Assembly: GCA_030390025.1 (NCBI GenBank)
Contig: CM059432.1
Location: forward strand, 45,882,001 to 45,946,000
Source of the DNA: Squalus acanthias
Lineage: Eukaryota
Direction: 5' to 3'
DNA: 64,000 nt
Part shown: in pieces, positions 24,551-37,969 of the stretch
How the letters are laid out: the number at the start of each line of letters is the position of its first letter
Position numbering within the stretch: position 1 is the first letter of the stretch
Notes under the pieces: generated by a model
Told to the model about the DNA's origin: nothing
Databases searched by the model: none
What the model saw: only the letters and a program-made list of their open reading frames with translations
Position numbers and translations under genes: made by a program

Positions 24551-26837
24551 GGGGGAAAAATTTGGTTGGTTTGTGCCTCTCGTTAGCACCCCTGGGGGTG
24601 CTAACGGGGCGCAAATCCACTAGCGTGCGGGCGCGGCACAGCTAATGCCTCCCGTGAAACTCAGTGACATCATCGCCATGCGCAACGCACCGCTTGTGCC
24701 CCAGCCGCAAACTTCACTTGCGCCCCAAACCTATCGCCGGACAATATGTCCGACAGGATCAGGGGGCGTTTTTGCAGCGGCGGCGGTGCTACTTAAAGGG
24801 CAGGTGCCGGATGGCCATTTTTATTTTGGCCGACTGCCAGCACCTGCCCCCTTTCCCTTTTTTCCTCGGAATGCTGGCCGGGATCGCTCAGCCCAGCACT
24901 CCTCTTGAGTGCCGGGCTGTTTTCCCGGCACCCCGCTCCCCGGTGGTCCAGCAGGGCCCCGGTGCGTGCAGTGCTAGGCCCTGTAAGGGGTCAACGGTAC
25001 TGGTGCGAGGTTAGGCCTTCGTTGCCTATACTATTGCTTGCTCTGGTCTCCGGCCAGCCTTTTTGCAATAAGCATCTGTGAGTGGTTCGACCCACTCGCC
25101 CTTACGGTTCTGACACCTAGACTTAGATGCAAGGAGCAGTAATGCAGAGAAAACTCAAATAGACCCGGTTGAATAGCACAAAATGAATATCTTTATTGCA
25201 TGGCGTCTAAAATCATGAAATACATGTCATAGGCGCAGATCAAAGAGAGTACAAGTATACACACGTTCATAAAACTTGGTCTATGGAAATGGAGAACACA
25301 CGGCACATCGTAAAAAGGGGAACACATTATACCTTAACCTTATTAAAAACCACCCTCCCTTAACAATATACCTAAACTACGTCTGGATTTGTAGGATCGG
25401 AAAACATGCTCACCACTCGGCTTACTTCGGAAATTTAAAAAGTGAGGCACTCAGCTCGTTTCGCTGCAGCGCCTGACTGTCACGTGGTTGTAAGGGTTTC
25501 TGCACCCCACTCGTTTACTCTCGCTGCCGCGAAAGGCAAGCCAGACTCCCTGATGTCATGAAGCAGTCGATGGACTCAAACCGGATCATGAAGTAGTTCG
25601 TAGAATTCAAAGGAAACGGTACATGTAGAAGTCGGTAGAATTCAAAGATGAGTTCTGTCGTTATATTTTCGGGCGCGGTCGGGGTTTACTGACCGTGGCG
25701 GCACGTGGAATTTCTTCTCGTCTTTCTTCTCGTCTTTCGTCTCGTCACTCGGGCCTCCGGGTCCGGACACCGTTTACCGACACTCGGGATGGTGTACCCT
25801 GTTACTTGCCCTATCGAGGCGGCTCGTTCCGATTGAGCTCCACCCAACACTCGAATAACCGACCAGCACGGCTAAGAGTCAAGAGTCAAGAGAGACCAGC
25901 AAGAGCTTCAGGAAGAGTCCAGACAAAATCAAGAGCCCAGAGTCAAGGAAGAGAGTCAAGAGACCGATGGACATTTGTCCTCTATAGTTATACTGTTATG
26001 TCGGCCTTATCTCCCGCTCAAATCTAAATGTTATCCTTTGTGTGATTTTGGCGCTCAAAACTCCCAGCATGGGGCGATTATCTTCTTAACGGGTTTCGGT
26101 AGCACCTGAAACTGGCCAACTATCCGTTAATACCTTCTCCATTGTTGAGCCAGCCAGGATGTGTATGAATCGTCTCCTCGACTGGTTTTGGGGCCCCCCG
26201 AATACTGGCTTAATCACCCGCCAATGTCTCTCTCATTGTTGAGCCGGGGGGGTATTTGTGTATTGATGTGTCTAGATGGGTTCTCGATGGCCCAGTTCAA
26301 TGATCCTTACTGTGCGTAGGAAACGATTCCAGCACTTATATCATTGCTATTGTTCAAAATGCAAACGGGTTGCATCCTGTCTTTATCAATGTGTACCGAG
26401 TACGATCCAATCTGATACTGAATGTATATTCGACGCCATCTTGTCTGCCCACTGTATCTCTGGAAGCTTCTGCCACGATGTGCGGCGGCCATTTTACAGG
26501 CTTCTGTGTCCTTTATTATCAGGACAGCATTTCGTTTAATAAAAATGATCAATTGAATCTGCTTCTCTCATGTTGTTTTGAATCGCGATAATTGCGAAAC
26601 TCTACAGCCCCTCCCCTTTAATCAGGGGAGGAGGCCTGCAATGACGCGGCGCTATGTGCCGCCGCGCGTGGCGCAGTTGCACGTAGCGCAGCAAACTTCA
26701 GTAGTAGCGTCCCAAGCAGGAGGTGGAGCCCTTTCCAGTAGCGCGCCACCTCCTACTTGGGGCGCTACTACTGAATTTACGGCGGAGGGGCGTAAACTTT
26801 TTCGGGGCGCTAAAATTCGCCACTCAATTTTTCTCCC
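24551..26837. mobile_element. Harbinger MITE interrupted by a solo LTR
   Basis: TIRs GGGGGAAAAATTTG / CAATTTTTCTCCC; TSD ATA. The two halves rejoin at GCTAGGCCC|CTCCCC as in the 12853-13446 copy. Confidence 0.85.
24982..26606 (-). mobile_element. Putative solo LTR (1625 bp; Gypsy or ERV)
   Basis: TGTA...TACA termini, 4-bp TSD GCCC and no coding motifs. Minus strand has AATAAA (25192-25197) and TATA-like TATAACTATAG (~25982-25992). Confidence 0.75.
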
Positions 26838-27506
26838 ATAGCTTTTTTTCCAGGGACAGAATGAGTAGGTAGAAGGGTTGGTGTAGGCAAGGGAATGTAC
26901 AAGTGGAACAAGAATAGGGAGTGACTGGAAATGGTCCTGTTTGAACAATGTTTAAAATAAATAGATTAATGCCTCAATTAAAATAGTGTACGGAGGAGTT
27001 TGATACGTATTCAGTGTGCAGACGACACTATCACACAGTGTAATATCCAAGAATATTGGGGTCATTTTAATCTTCGCTGCTTGGTCAGCAGACTGGCGGA
27101 ACAGATCACCCACACATGATTGAACCCGCTCATAATTTCAGTTGAAGATCAGCGGAATCAATATTTACGTTGCATAGAGATTCGGCCGATCTCCCACCAA
27201 AGTCACGGTGCCCGATTGGGAGAACCCAGGAGAAAATTTCTGGCAATAGTTTAGAATTCGTAAGTGGTTGCAGCTCGAGCCTGGGTTTCAGCTCATAGAT
27301 CTTTAGTGGGCCACTTAAACAACACCACCCTTATTAGATTATTGAGATACTTTCTGGAGTCTACACAACTTTATTTTTTTACATTTTGTTGCTTTTTTGG
27401 ATGCTAAGTTAGCTCAAGTGTTTTAACAGCCAACCTCCACAGGTAACTCCATTCTGAGCCTCTAATTTCCTATTTCCTTTTTATGCATATTTGACTAAAA
27501 TAAGAA

Positions 27507-27661
27507 GGGGGAGTGAAAGTCAATTTCAGTGGGTACAAAACAGGCAGTGATGGATCAGTCACCTGTTACATAAACCGCCCAATTTTCAGGCAGGGTGAAT
27601 AATGGGTGGCCGATTCATTACCTCCCACTTCGCACCCCCACTGAAGTTGAATTTCACCCCC
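27507..27661. repeat. Short inverted-repeat (MITE-like hairpin) element
   Basis: Arms GGGG(A)GTGAAAGTCAATTTCAGTGGG and CCCACTGAAGTTGAATTTCACCCCC. Confidence 0.6.
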
Positions 27662-27822
27662 AACATCGTTTAAGACCTTTGCTAGTGTTTAACATGATTT
27701 GTTTTTCTGCTACCACCAACAAAAACTAAGATGAATGTTACACTTTTGGGTCCTTTATCATTTTAGGCTAGATCTATTCTAACTTGGAGCTAGGAAGAGG
27801 CGTGGGGGTGAGTTCACGGGAG

Positions 27823-30800
27823 GGTAGGGGAATCGGACATCGCGGGAGTGTAGGGGAATCGGACATCATGGGAGTGTAGGGGAATCTGACATCGCGGGAG
27901 TGTAGGGGAATCGGACATCGCGGGGGTGGGGGGGAATCGGACATCGCGGAGTGTAGGGGAATCAGACATCGTGGGGGTTGGGGGAATCGGACATCGCGGG
28001 AGTGTAGGGGAATCGGACATCGCGGAGTGTAGGGGAATCGGACATCGTGGGAGTGTAGGGAAATCGGACATCGCGGGAGTGTAGGGAAATCGGACATCGC
28101 GGGAGTGTAGGGGAATCGGACATCGCGGGGATGGGGGGAATCGGACATCGTGGGGGTGGGGGGGAATCGGACATCGCGGAGTGTGGGGGAATCAGACATC
28201 GCGGAGTGTAGGGGAATCGGACAACGCGGGAGTGTAGGGGAATCGGACATCGCGGGCGTGTAGGGGAATCGGACATCATGGAGTGTAGGGGAATCGGACA
28301 TCGCGGGAGTGTAGGGGAATCGGACATCGCGGGGGTGGGGGGGAATCGGACATCGCGGGAGTGTAGGGGAATCGGACATCGCGGGCCTGTAGGGGAATCG
28401 GACATCGCGGGAGTGTAGGGGAATCGGACATCGCGGAGTGTAGGGGAATCGGACATCGCGGGGATGGGGGGAATCGGACATCGCGGGGGTGGGGGAGAAT
28501 CGGACATCAAGGGAGTGTAGGGGAATCGGATATCGCGGGCCTGTAGGGGAATCGGACATCGCGGGAGTGTAGGGGAATCGGACATCGCGGAGTGTAGGGG
28601 AATCGGACATCACGGAGTGTAGGGGAATCGGACATCGCGGGCCTGTAGGGGAATCGGACATCGCGGGCCTGTAGGGGAATCGGACATCGCGGGAGTGTAG
28701 GGGAATCGGACATCGTGGGGGTGTAGGGGAATCGGACATCGCGGGAGTGTAGGGGAATCGGACATCGTGGGGGTGTGGGGAATCGGACATCGCGGGAGTG
28801 TTGGGGAATCGGACATCGCGGTCCTGTAGGGGAATCAGACATCGCGGGGGGGGGGGGGGAATCGGACATCGTGGAGTGTAGGGGAATCGGACAACGCGGG
28901 AGTGTAGGGGAATCGGACATCGCGGGAGTGTAGGGGAATCAGACATCACGGAGTGTAGGGGAATCAGACATCGTGGAGTGTAGGGGAATCGGACAACGCG
29001 GGAGTGTAGGGGAATCGGACATCGCGGGAGTGTAGGGGAATCAGACATCACGGAGTGTAGGGGAATCGGACATCGTGGGGGTTGGGGGGAATCGGACATC
29101 GTGGAGTGTAGGGGAATCGGACATCGCGGGAGTGTAGGGGAATCGGACATCGCGGGAGTGTAGGGCAAATCAGACATCACGGAGTGTAGGGGAATCGGAC
29201 ATCGTGGAGTGTAGTAGAATCGGACAACGCGGGAGTGTAGGGGAATCAGACATCACGGAGTGTAGGGGAATCGGACATCGTGGAGTGTAGGGGAATCGGA
29301 CAACGCGGGAGTTGGGGGGAATCGGACGTCGCGGAGTGTAGGAGAATCGGACATCGCGGGAGTTGGGGGGAATCGGACATCGCGGAGTGTAGGGGAATCG
29401 GACATCGTGGGAATGTAGGGGAATCGGACATCGCGGGGGTGGGGGGGGAATCGGACATCGCGGAGTGTAGGGGAATCGGACATCGCGGAGTGTAGGGGAA
29501 TCGGACATCGCGGAGTGTAGGGGAATCGGACATCGCGGAGTGTAGGGGAATCGGACATCGGGGAGTGTAGGGGAATCGGACATCGCGGGAGTGTAGGGGA
29601 ATCGGACATCGCGGGGGTGGGGGGAATCGGACATCGTGGGAGTGGGGGGGAATCGGACATCGCGGAGTGTAGGGGAATCGGACATCGCGGGAGTGTAGGG
29701 GAATCGGACATCGCGGGGGTGGGGGGAAATCGGACATCGTGGGGGTTGGGTAATCGGACATCGCGGGAGTGTCGGGGAATCGGACATCGTGGAGTGTAGG
29801 GGAATCGGACATCGCGGAGTGTAGGGGAATTGGACATCGCGGGGTGTAGGGGAATCGGACATCGCGGAGTGTAGGGGAATTGGACATCGCGGAGTGTAGG
29901 GGAATCGGACATCGTGGGAGTGTAGGGGAATCGGACATCGTGGGAGTGTAGGGGAATCAGACATAATGGAGTGTAGGGGAATCGGACATCGTGGGAGTGT
30001 AGGGGAATCAGACATCATGGAGTGTAGGGGAATCGGACATCGCGGGAGTGTAGTGGAATCGGACATCGCGGAGTGTAGTGGAATCGGACATCGTGGGGTT
30101 GGGGGGGAATCGGACATCGCGGAGTGTAGGGGAATCGGACATCGTGGGGGTTGGGGGAATCGGACCTCGCGGAGTGTAGGGGAATCGGACATCGCGGCAG
30201 TGTAGTGGAATCGGACATCGTGGGGATTGGGGGAATCGGACATCGCGGGAGTGTAGGGGAATCGGACATCGTGGGAGTGTAGGGGAATCGGACATCGCGG
30301 GAGTGTAGGGGAATCGGACATCGCGGGGGTGTAGGGGAATCGGACATCGTGGGAGTGTAGGGGATTCGGACATCGCGGGGGTGTAGGGGAATCGGACATC
30401 GCGGGGGTGTAGGGGAATCGGACATCGCGGAGTGTAGGGGAATCGGACATCGTGGAGTGTAGGGGAATCGGACATCGCAGGGGTGTAGGGGAATCGGACA
30501 TCGCGGAGTGTAGGGGAATCGGACATCGCGGGGTTGTAGGGGAATCGGACATCGCGGGGGTGTCGGGGAATCGGACATCGCGGGGGTTGGGGGGGAATCT
30601 GACATCGTGGGAGTGTAGGGGAATCGGACATCGTGGGGGTTGGGGGGGAATCTGACATCGCGGAGTGTAGGGGAATCAGACATCGTGGGGGTGTAGGGGA
30701 ATCGGACATCGCGGGGATTGGGGGAATCGGACATCCCGGGGGTGGGGGGGAATTGGACATGGCGGGAGTGTAGGGGAATCGGACATCGTGGGAGTGTAGG

Positions 30801-33800
30801 GGAATCGGACATCGCGGGGATGGGGGGAATCGGACATCGCGGGGGTGGGGGGGAATCGGACATCGTGGAGTGTAGGGGAATCGGACATCGCGGGAGTGTA
30901 GGGGAATCGGACAACGCGGGAGTTGGGGGGAATCGGACATCGCGGAGTGTAGGGGAATCGGACATCGCGGAGTGTAGGAGAATCGGACATCGCGGGAGTG
31001 TAGTGGAATCGGACATCGCGGAGTGTAGGGGAATCGGACATCGCGGAGTGTAGGGGAATCGGACATCGCGGGAGTGTAGGGGAATCGGACATCGCGGGAG
31101 TGTAGGGGAATTGGACATCGCGGGGGTGGGGGGGGAATCGGACATCGCGGAGTGTAGGGGAATCGGACATCACGGAGTGTAGGGGAATCGGACATCGTGG
31201 AGTGTAGGGGAATCGGACAACGCGGGAGTGTAGGGGAATCAGACATCACGGAGTGTAGGGGAATCGGACATCGTGGAGTGTAGGGGAATCGGACAACGCG
31301 GGAGTTGGGGGGAATCGGACATCGCGGAGTGTAGGAGAATCGGACATCGTGGGAGTTGGGGGGAATCGGACATCGCGGAGTGTAGGGGAATCGGACATCG
31401 CGGGAGTGTAGGGGAATCGGACATCGCGGGGGTGGGGGGGGAATCGGACATCGCGGAGTGTAGGGGAATCGGACATCGCGGAGTGTAGGGGAATCGGACA
31501 TCGCGGAGTGTAGGGGAATCGGACATCGCGGAGTGTAGGGGAATCGGACATCGCGGAGTGTAGGGGAATCGGACATCGCGGAGTGTAGGGGAATCGGACA
31601 TCGTGGAGTGTAGGGGAATCGGACATCGCGGGAGTGTAGGGGAATCGGACATCGCGGGGGTGTAGGGGAATCGGACATCGCGGGGGTGGGGGGGAATCGG
31701 ACATCGCGGAGTGTAGGGGAATCGGACATCGCGGGAGTGTAGGGGAATCGGACATCGCGGGGGTGGGGGGGAAATCGGACATCGTGGGGGTTGGGTAATC
31801 GGACATCGCGGGAGTGTCGGGGAATCGGACATCGTGGAGTGTAGGGGAATCGGACATCGCGGAGTGTAGGGGAATTGGACATCGCGGGGTGTAGGGGAAT
31901 CGGACATCGCGGAGTGTAGGGGAATTGGACATCGCGGAGTGTAGGGGAATCGGACATCGTGGGAGTGTAGGGGAATCGGACATCGTGGGAGTGTAGGGGA
32001 ATCAGACATAATGGAGTGTAGGGGAATCGGACATCGTGGGAGTGTAGGGGAATCAGACATCATGGAGTGTAGGGGAATCGGACATCGCGGGAGTGTAGTG
32101 GAATCGGACATCGCGGAGTGTAGTGGAATCGGACATCATGGGGTTGGGGGGGAATCGGACATCGCGGAGTGTAGGGGAATCGGACATCGTGGGGGTTGGG
32201 GGAATCGGACTTCGGGGAGTGTAGGGGAATCGGACATCGCGGCAGTGTAGTGGAATCGGACATCGTGGGGATTGGGGGAATCGGACATCGCGGGAGTGTA
32301 GGGGAATCGGACATCGTGGGAGTGTAGGGGAATCGGACATCGCGGGAGTGTAGGGGAATCGGACATCGCGGGGGTGTAGGGGAATCGGACATCGTGGAGT
32401 GTAGGGGAATCGGACATCGCGGGGGTGTAGGGGATTCGGACATCGCGGGGGTGTAGGGGAATCGGACATCGCGGAGTGTAGGGGAATCGGACATCGTGGA
32501 GTGTAGGGGAATCGGACATCGCGGGGGAGTAGGGGAATCGGACATCGCGGAGTGTAGGGGAATCAGACATCGCGGGGGTGTAGGGGAATCGGACATCGCG
32601 GGGGTGTCGGGGAATCGGACATCGCGGGGGTTGGGGGGGAATCTGACATCGTGGGAGTGTAGGGGAATCGGACATCGTGGGGGTTGGGGGAGAATCTGAC
32701 ATCGCGGAGTGTAGGGGAATCAGACATCGTGGGGGTGTAGGGGAATCGGACATCGCGGGGATTGGGGGAATCGGACATCCCGGGGGTGGGGGGGAATTGG
32801 ACATCGCGGGAGTGTAGGGGAATCGGACATCATGGGAGTGTAGGGGAATCGGACATCGCGGGGGTTGGGGGGGAATCGGACATCATGGGAGTGTAGGGGA
32901 ATCGGACTTCGTGGAGTGTAGGGGAATCGGACTTCGTGGAGTGTAGGGGAATCGGACTTCGTGGAGTGTAGGGGAATCAGACATCGCGGGGGTTGGGGGG
33001 GAATCAGACATCACGGGGGTTGGGGGGAATCGGACATCGTGGGATTGTGGGGGAATCGGACATCGCGGAGTGGGGGAATCGGACATCGCGGAGTGTAGGG
33101 GAATCGGACATCGCGGAGTGGGGGAATCGGACATCGCGGGAGTGTAGGGGAATCGGACATCGCGGAGTGGGGGAATCGGACATCGCGGGAGTGTAGGGGA
33201 ATCGGATATCGCGGGAGTGTAGGGGAATCGGACATCGCGGGAGTGTAGGGGAATCGGACATCGCGGAGTGGGGGAATCGGACATCGCGGAGTGTCGGGGA
33301 ATCAGACATCGCGGGGGTGGGGGGGAATCGGACATCGCGGAGTGGGGTAATCGGACATAGTGGAGTGTTGGGGAATCAGACATCGCGGGGGTGGGGGGGG
33401 AATCGGACATCGCGGAGTGTCGGGGAATCAGACATCGCGGGGGTGGGGGGGGAATCGGACATCGCGGAGTGTAGGGGAATCGGACATCGCGGGAGTGTAG
33501 GGGAATCGGACATCGCGGAGTGGGGGAATCGGACATCACGGGGGTTGGGGGGAATCGGACATCGCGGAGTGTAGGGGAATCGGACATCGCGGGGTTGGGG
33601 GGAATCGGACATCGTGGAGTGTAGGGGAATCGGACATCGTGGGGGTGTAGGGGAATCGGACATCGCGGGGGTGGGGGGGAATCGGACATCGCGGGAGTGT
33701 AGGGGAATCGGACATCGCGGAGTGTAGGGGAATCGGACATCGCGGAGTGTAGGGGAATCGGACATCATGGGGGTGGGGGGGAATCGGACATCACGGGGGT

Positions 33801-34468
33801 GGGGGGGAATCGGACATCATGGGGGTGGGGGGGAATCGGACATCGTGGGGGTGGGGGGGAATTGGACATCACGGGGGTGGGGGGGCATCGGACATCACGG
33901 GGGTGGGGGGGAATCGGACATCGCGGGAGTGTAGGGGAATCGGACATCGCGGAGTGTAGGGGAATCGGACATCACGGAGTGTAGGGGAATCGGACATCGC
34001 GGAGTGTAGGGGAATCGGACATCGCGGGGGTGTAGGGGAATCGGACATCGCGGAGTGTAGGGGAATCGGACATCGCGGGCGTGTAGGGGAATCGGACATC
34101 ACGGAGTGTAGGGGAATCGGACATCGCGGAGTGGAGGGGAATCGGACATCGCGGGCGTGTAGGGGAATCGGACATCGCGGGAGTGTAGGGGAATCGGACA
34201 TCCCGGGGGTGGGGGGGAATCGGACATCTCGGGAGTGTAGGGGAATCGGACATCGCGGGAGTGTAGGGGAATCGGACATCGCGGAAGTGTAGGGGAATCG
34301 GACATCGCAGGAGTGTAGGGGAATCGGACATCGCGGGAGTGTAGGGGAATCGGACATCGCGGGAGTGTAGGGGAATCGGACATCGCGGGAGTGTAGGGGA
34401 ATCGGACATCGCGGGAGTGTAGGGGAATCGGACATCGCGGGAGTGTAGGGGAATCGGACATCGCAAGG
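27823..34468 (+). repeat. G-rich minisatellite, 22-23-bp unit GGGGAATCGGACATCGCGG(G)AGTGTA, roughly 300 units
   Basis: Directly visible tandem array with the near-invariant core GGAATCGGACATCG. Confidence 0.97.
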
Positions 34469-34579
34469 GGGATTGAGCATCGTGGGTGGTTGGGTCGGCT
34501 ATCTTTGGGGAGGGTGGGGGTCAACCGATCGTGGGGTTGGGGCGTGGGGGAGGGAGTCACCCAGCTTCCTTAAAATATT

Positions 34580-35328
34580 GGCCTAGAAATTCGATTCAGA
34601 GGCTTGCCACGGGGGTAAGGATCGCGCGCGCTCTTACCCACCGCGTCTGCCGTTCTTGTTTGCCCCCGCAGGAACTTCGGGTCCTGGGCCTCTCCCTAGT
34701 GCCGGCGCGCAGTGTGTGCGTGTTCCAGGGGCGCAGTTAGTGCGATGCAACCCCTGGGATCACGTGGCCATGGAGAGCCAATGGCAGCAGACCATCTTTC
34801 ATTCATAGATTTGACAGGAGACCTGTCAAATCTGTGAATTGCAATCGGCCCCAAAAGAACAGCTAAACCTCAAATAAATTTAAAAAAACCATCACATTAA
34901 TAAAATAACTATAGTTAAATAAATTAACCACTTTAAACAAAAATTAAAATTTTGAAAAAATTAAAATACTTATTAAAATAAACTTACCTTTCTTTAAAGT
35001 CTCTTAAAAAGATAAACCTTTTGAAAAAAATTTAAAATTATACTTAATTACCTACTTACCTTGTTCAAAAGGCGTCTTAAGCCTCCTTTTTGCTAGCGTA
35101 GTATCTTCCATACTTACCCTCACGTTGAAACCTGAAAAAAAACCTAAGTGTGCTGCGGCACGCAGCCTCTAGTGCGCACGCGGTTCACCTAGGAACCGCC
35201 CCCTTCGCCATACCAGAAGTGCCGGTTTCCCGCGCATGCGCAGTGCATGCAGGAAACCGGCACTTCGGGAATGAATACGGGTGAGTACGCACTGAGTACT
35301 CACCCGAGAACGGCCGAATTTTTGGGCC
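34580..35328. mobile_element. Harbinger-type MITE
   Basis: TIRs GGCCTAGAAATTCG / CGAATTTTTGGGCC; flanks ATT/ATG; AT-rich centre. Confidence 0.65.
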
Positions 35329-37149
35329 ATGTACTGACCGACCCGTCTCCTGAGAGCCCACCCCCAAACCCATCTCCGTTAAAACTGAAAGTGGACGGGT
35401 TGGCTTCGGGTTCCTGTTTTTACATTTTTAACCCCCCTCCTCCACTCCAACTGCCCTGGGGTGTTAAAATTACCCCCATTGTGTCAGCATTTCTCTCATA
35501 GGTGAGCCTCAGTCCCTAATCTTGCAAAATTAGTGCCACAAGTAGGAGAATTGTTCCAAGATTTAAGGTTTCATTAATATTGTTGCACAGTGCCAGGATT
35601 GCAATTAAGAAAATTATAATACCATTAAATAGCAGGCTCTAACTGCCAACCATATTCATTTCAGGACTAATATAAAGATCTTGTGGAATCTGTAAAAAAT
35701 ACAAATGGAACAAGGTTGCCAATGAAATAACCATGGTTGCACTAAGACCCAGCTCCATTCACAGACCTCTCTCACTGTTCAGTAAGCTGGGTTTGCTCAT
35801 GTAGAACATTGCTTAAAGTACGTGGTCCACAGTTGTAAGTATATTGACTGCATCTGGAAGTGTTTATGTGGATATGATGAAAGGCTGCTCTATAATTACC
35901 TTAAGCAGCACTGATGAATTGTGGGAAGGCAACTGAAGTATCTACATAGATGATTACCCTGGCATAAGTATCTAAACATGCTTGCATAAGTTCAGCAATT
36001 TAACTGCAAAAAAAATATTGATTTCTTACACAACCAAAAGTTCATGTTACCTTTGGGAAAGCCGAGTTTTACCATATAAAACATGTCACTTTAAGATTTA
36101 GAATTAAATATATAACGAGGTCATTATGCCCAGTGAGATTCAAACGTTTTATTATGTGGCTCCTGGCAAGAAAATGGCTATTCTAGAACAGTCTTGGAAT
36201 ATAGTGGGATTTTGATAAATACCACACTGAAAGAAGGAGGTGGGCTACATATTTGCTTTCCATGAAGATGTGGCTTCAGTTATTGAATCCATATATTTCT
36301 AGCATTCCCTGTAATTCTTGTTCCACTCTGTGAGGAGACATCTGTGCACTCTAACTTGTGTTAATCTAAATAAATCCATGTTGTCAAAGCTGGAAACCTT
36401 TACTGTGGCCCACACACAAAGTGAATCAGCTGCCAAACCTTGTACTCCCATCTAAAAGAAACGACATAACTGGAGAAAATAGAGTGAAACATTGCTTAAG
36501 CTGATTTAACTAATCAGCCCGTTGCCTCACCATTTTCTTAATTAAAAATATAAGTTATAAAGAAACTAATTCTACAGAAATTCTAAACCCAAGAATCTGT
36601 TCACAGTCTTCCATTATTCCTAAAAGTGCAACAAAATAATTAATTAATTTTGCCAGATAATTACATACTATGTTCAGCTAACTATTGTATCTGCTGTGCA
36701 AGCACTGATGGTGGATCTGTTTCAATTTCCAGTTTTCTACTCTTTGTTCTTTGGCCCCAATAAGGAGAAGGGGTAGTAGCTATACCCTTGCATGGTACTA
36801 ACATCACCTTAGGAGCTGTTCCAGAAACTGCCTTTAAACCAACAAACTCAGTAATTATTGTAACTTGTCATCATTGTCATTAACTGAGGTAATTGAGTGA
36901 TCAGTTGTAGGTTGGGGAAGGATATGAGAGAGTAGGAGATGTGCCGTATGGAAGGCATGAGCTTGAAGCAGTTGAAGCAAGAGATGGGAGAAAACTACAG
37001 CTTGGGGAGTAGCATGGGAGGAACAAAGGGGTGGTCACAAACAGAATGGAGAGGAGGGAAGGTCACAGCAGAGGCACCTACACAGAAAAACTCAGTCCTT
37101 GAAATGAAGAAATCCATTAGCTCTTTGCATTTGTTGTTGGAGTTGAGGG

Positions 37150-37960
37150 TGGAGTTTTGGATTAAAAATGATTTCCTCCAATTAAACATTGTGAAGACCG
37201 AAGCCATTGTCTTCGGCCCCTGCCACAGAATCCATTCCCTAACCACCAATCCCTTCCCGCTCCCTGGCACTGTCTCAGGCTGAAATAGACAGTATGCAAC
37301 CTCAGCGTCCTATTTAACCTCAGCTGAGCACCCAACCCCATATCCTCTTCATCACAAAGACTGCCGACTTCCACCTCTGTAATATCACCAGTCTCCACCT
37401 CTGCCACAGTCCCATCTGCTGCTAAAACCTTCATCCATGATTTTGTTACCTTCATATTTAACTATTTCAATGCTCTCTTGGCCAGCCTCCCATCTTCCAC
37501 CCTCCATAAACTTGAGCTCATCCAAAACAATGCTGCCCATATCCTAACTTGCATCAAGTCCCATTCACCCATCATCCCTGTGCTCATTGATCTACATTAG
37601 CTCCCGGTCCGACAATGCCTTGATATTAAAATTCTCATCCTCATGTTCAAATGCCTCCATGGCCTCGTCCTTCCCGATATCTATAACTTCCTTCAGCCCT
37701 ACAACCTTCTGAGAATTCGGCGTTTCTCTAAATCTGGGCTTTTGTGAATCACCCACTTCCTTCGCCCCACCATTGGTGGCTGTGCCTTCAGCCGTCTAGG
37801 AACTAAGCTGTGGATTTCCCTCCTGTAAACTCTCCACCTCTCTCTCCTCCTTTGAAATGCTCCTTAAAACTAACCTCTTTGACCAAACATTTTGTCACCT
37901 GCCCTCATGACTCCGCTTTGGCTTGACGTCAGTTTTTATCTGATTACGCCCCTGTGACGC
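37150..37960 (+). mobile_element. L2 LINE 3' fragment
   Basis: Reads WIKNDFLQLNIVKTEAIVFG and continues to an L2 3' end. Confidence 0.85.
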
Positions 37961-37969
37961 GCCTACAAA

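Noticed and set aside
27823..34468. CRISPR-like repeat/spacer array
   Set aside because: The linkers are only ~8-12 bp and recurrent rather than unique, there are no cas genes, and the context is vertebrate.
27774..34560. Long Pro-rich ORFs (MSDSPTLPRCPIPLH...) up to 649 aa
   Set aside because: They are by-products of the 22-23-bp repeat lacking stops on the C-rich strand. The same peptides cycle through all three frames.
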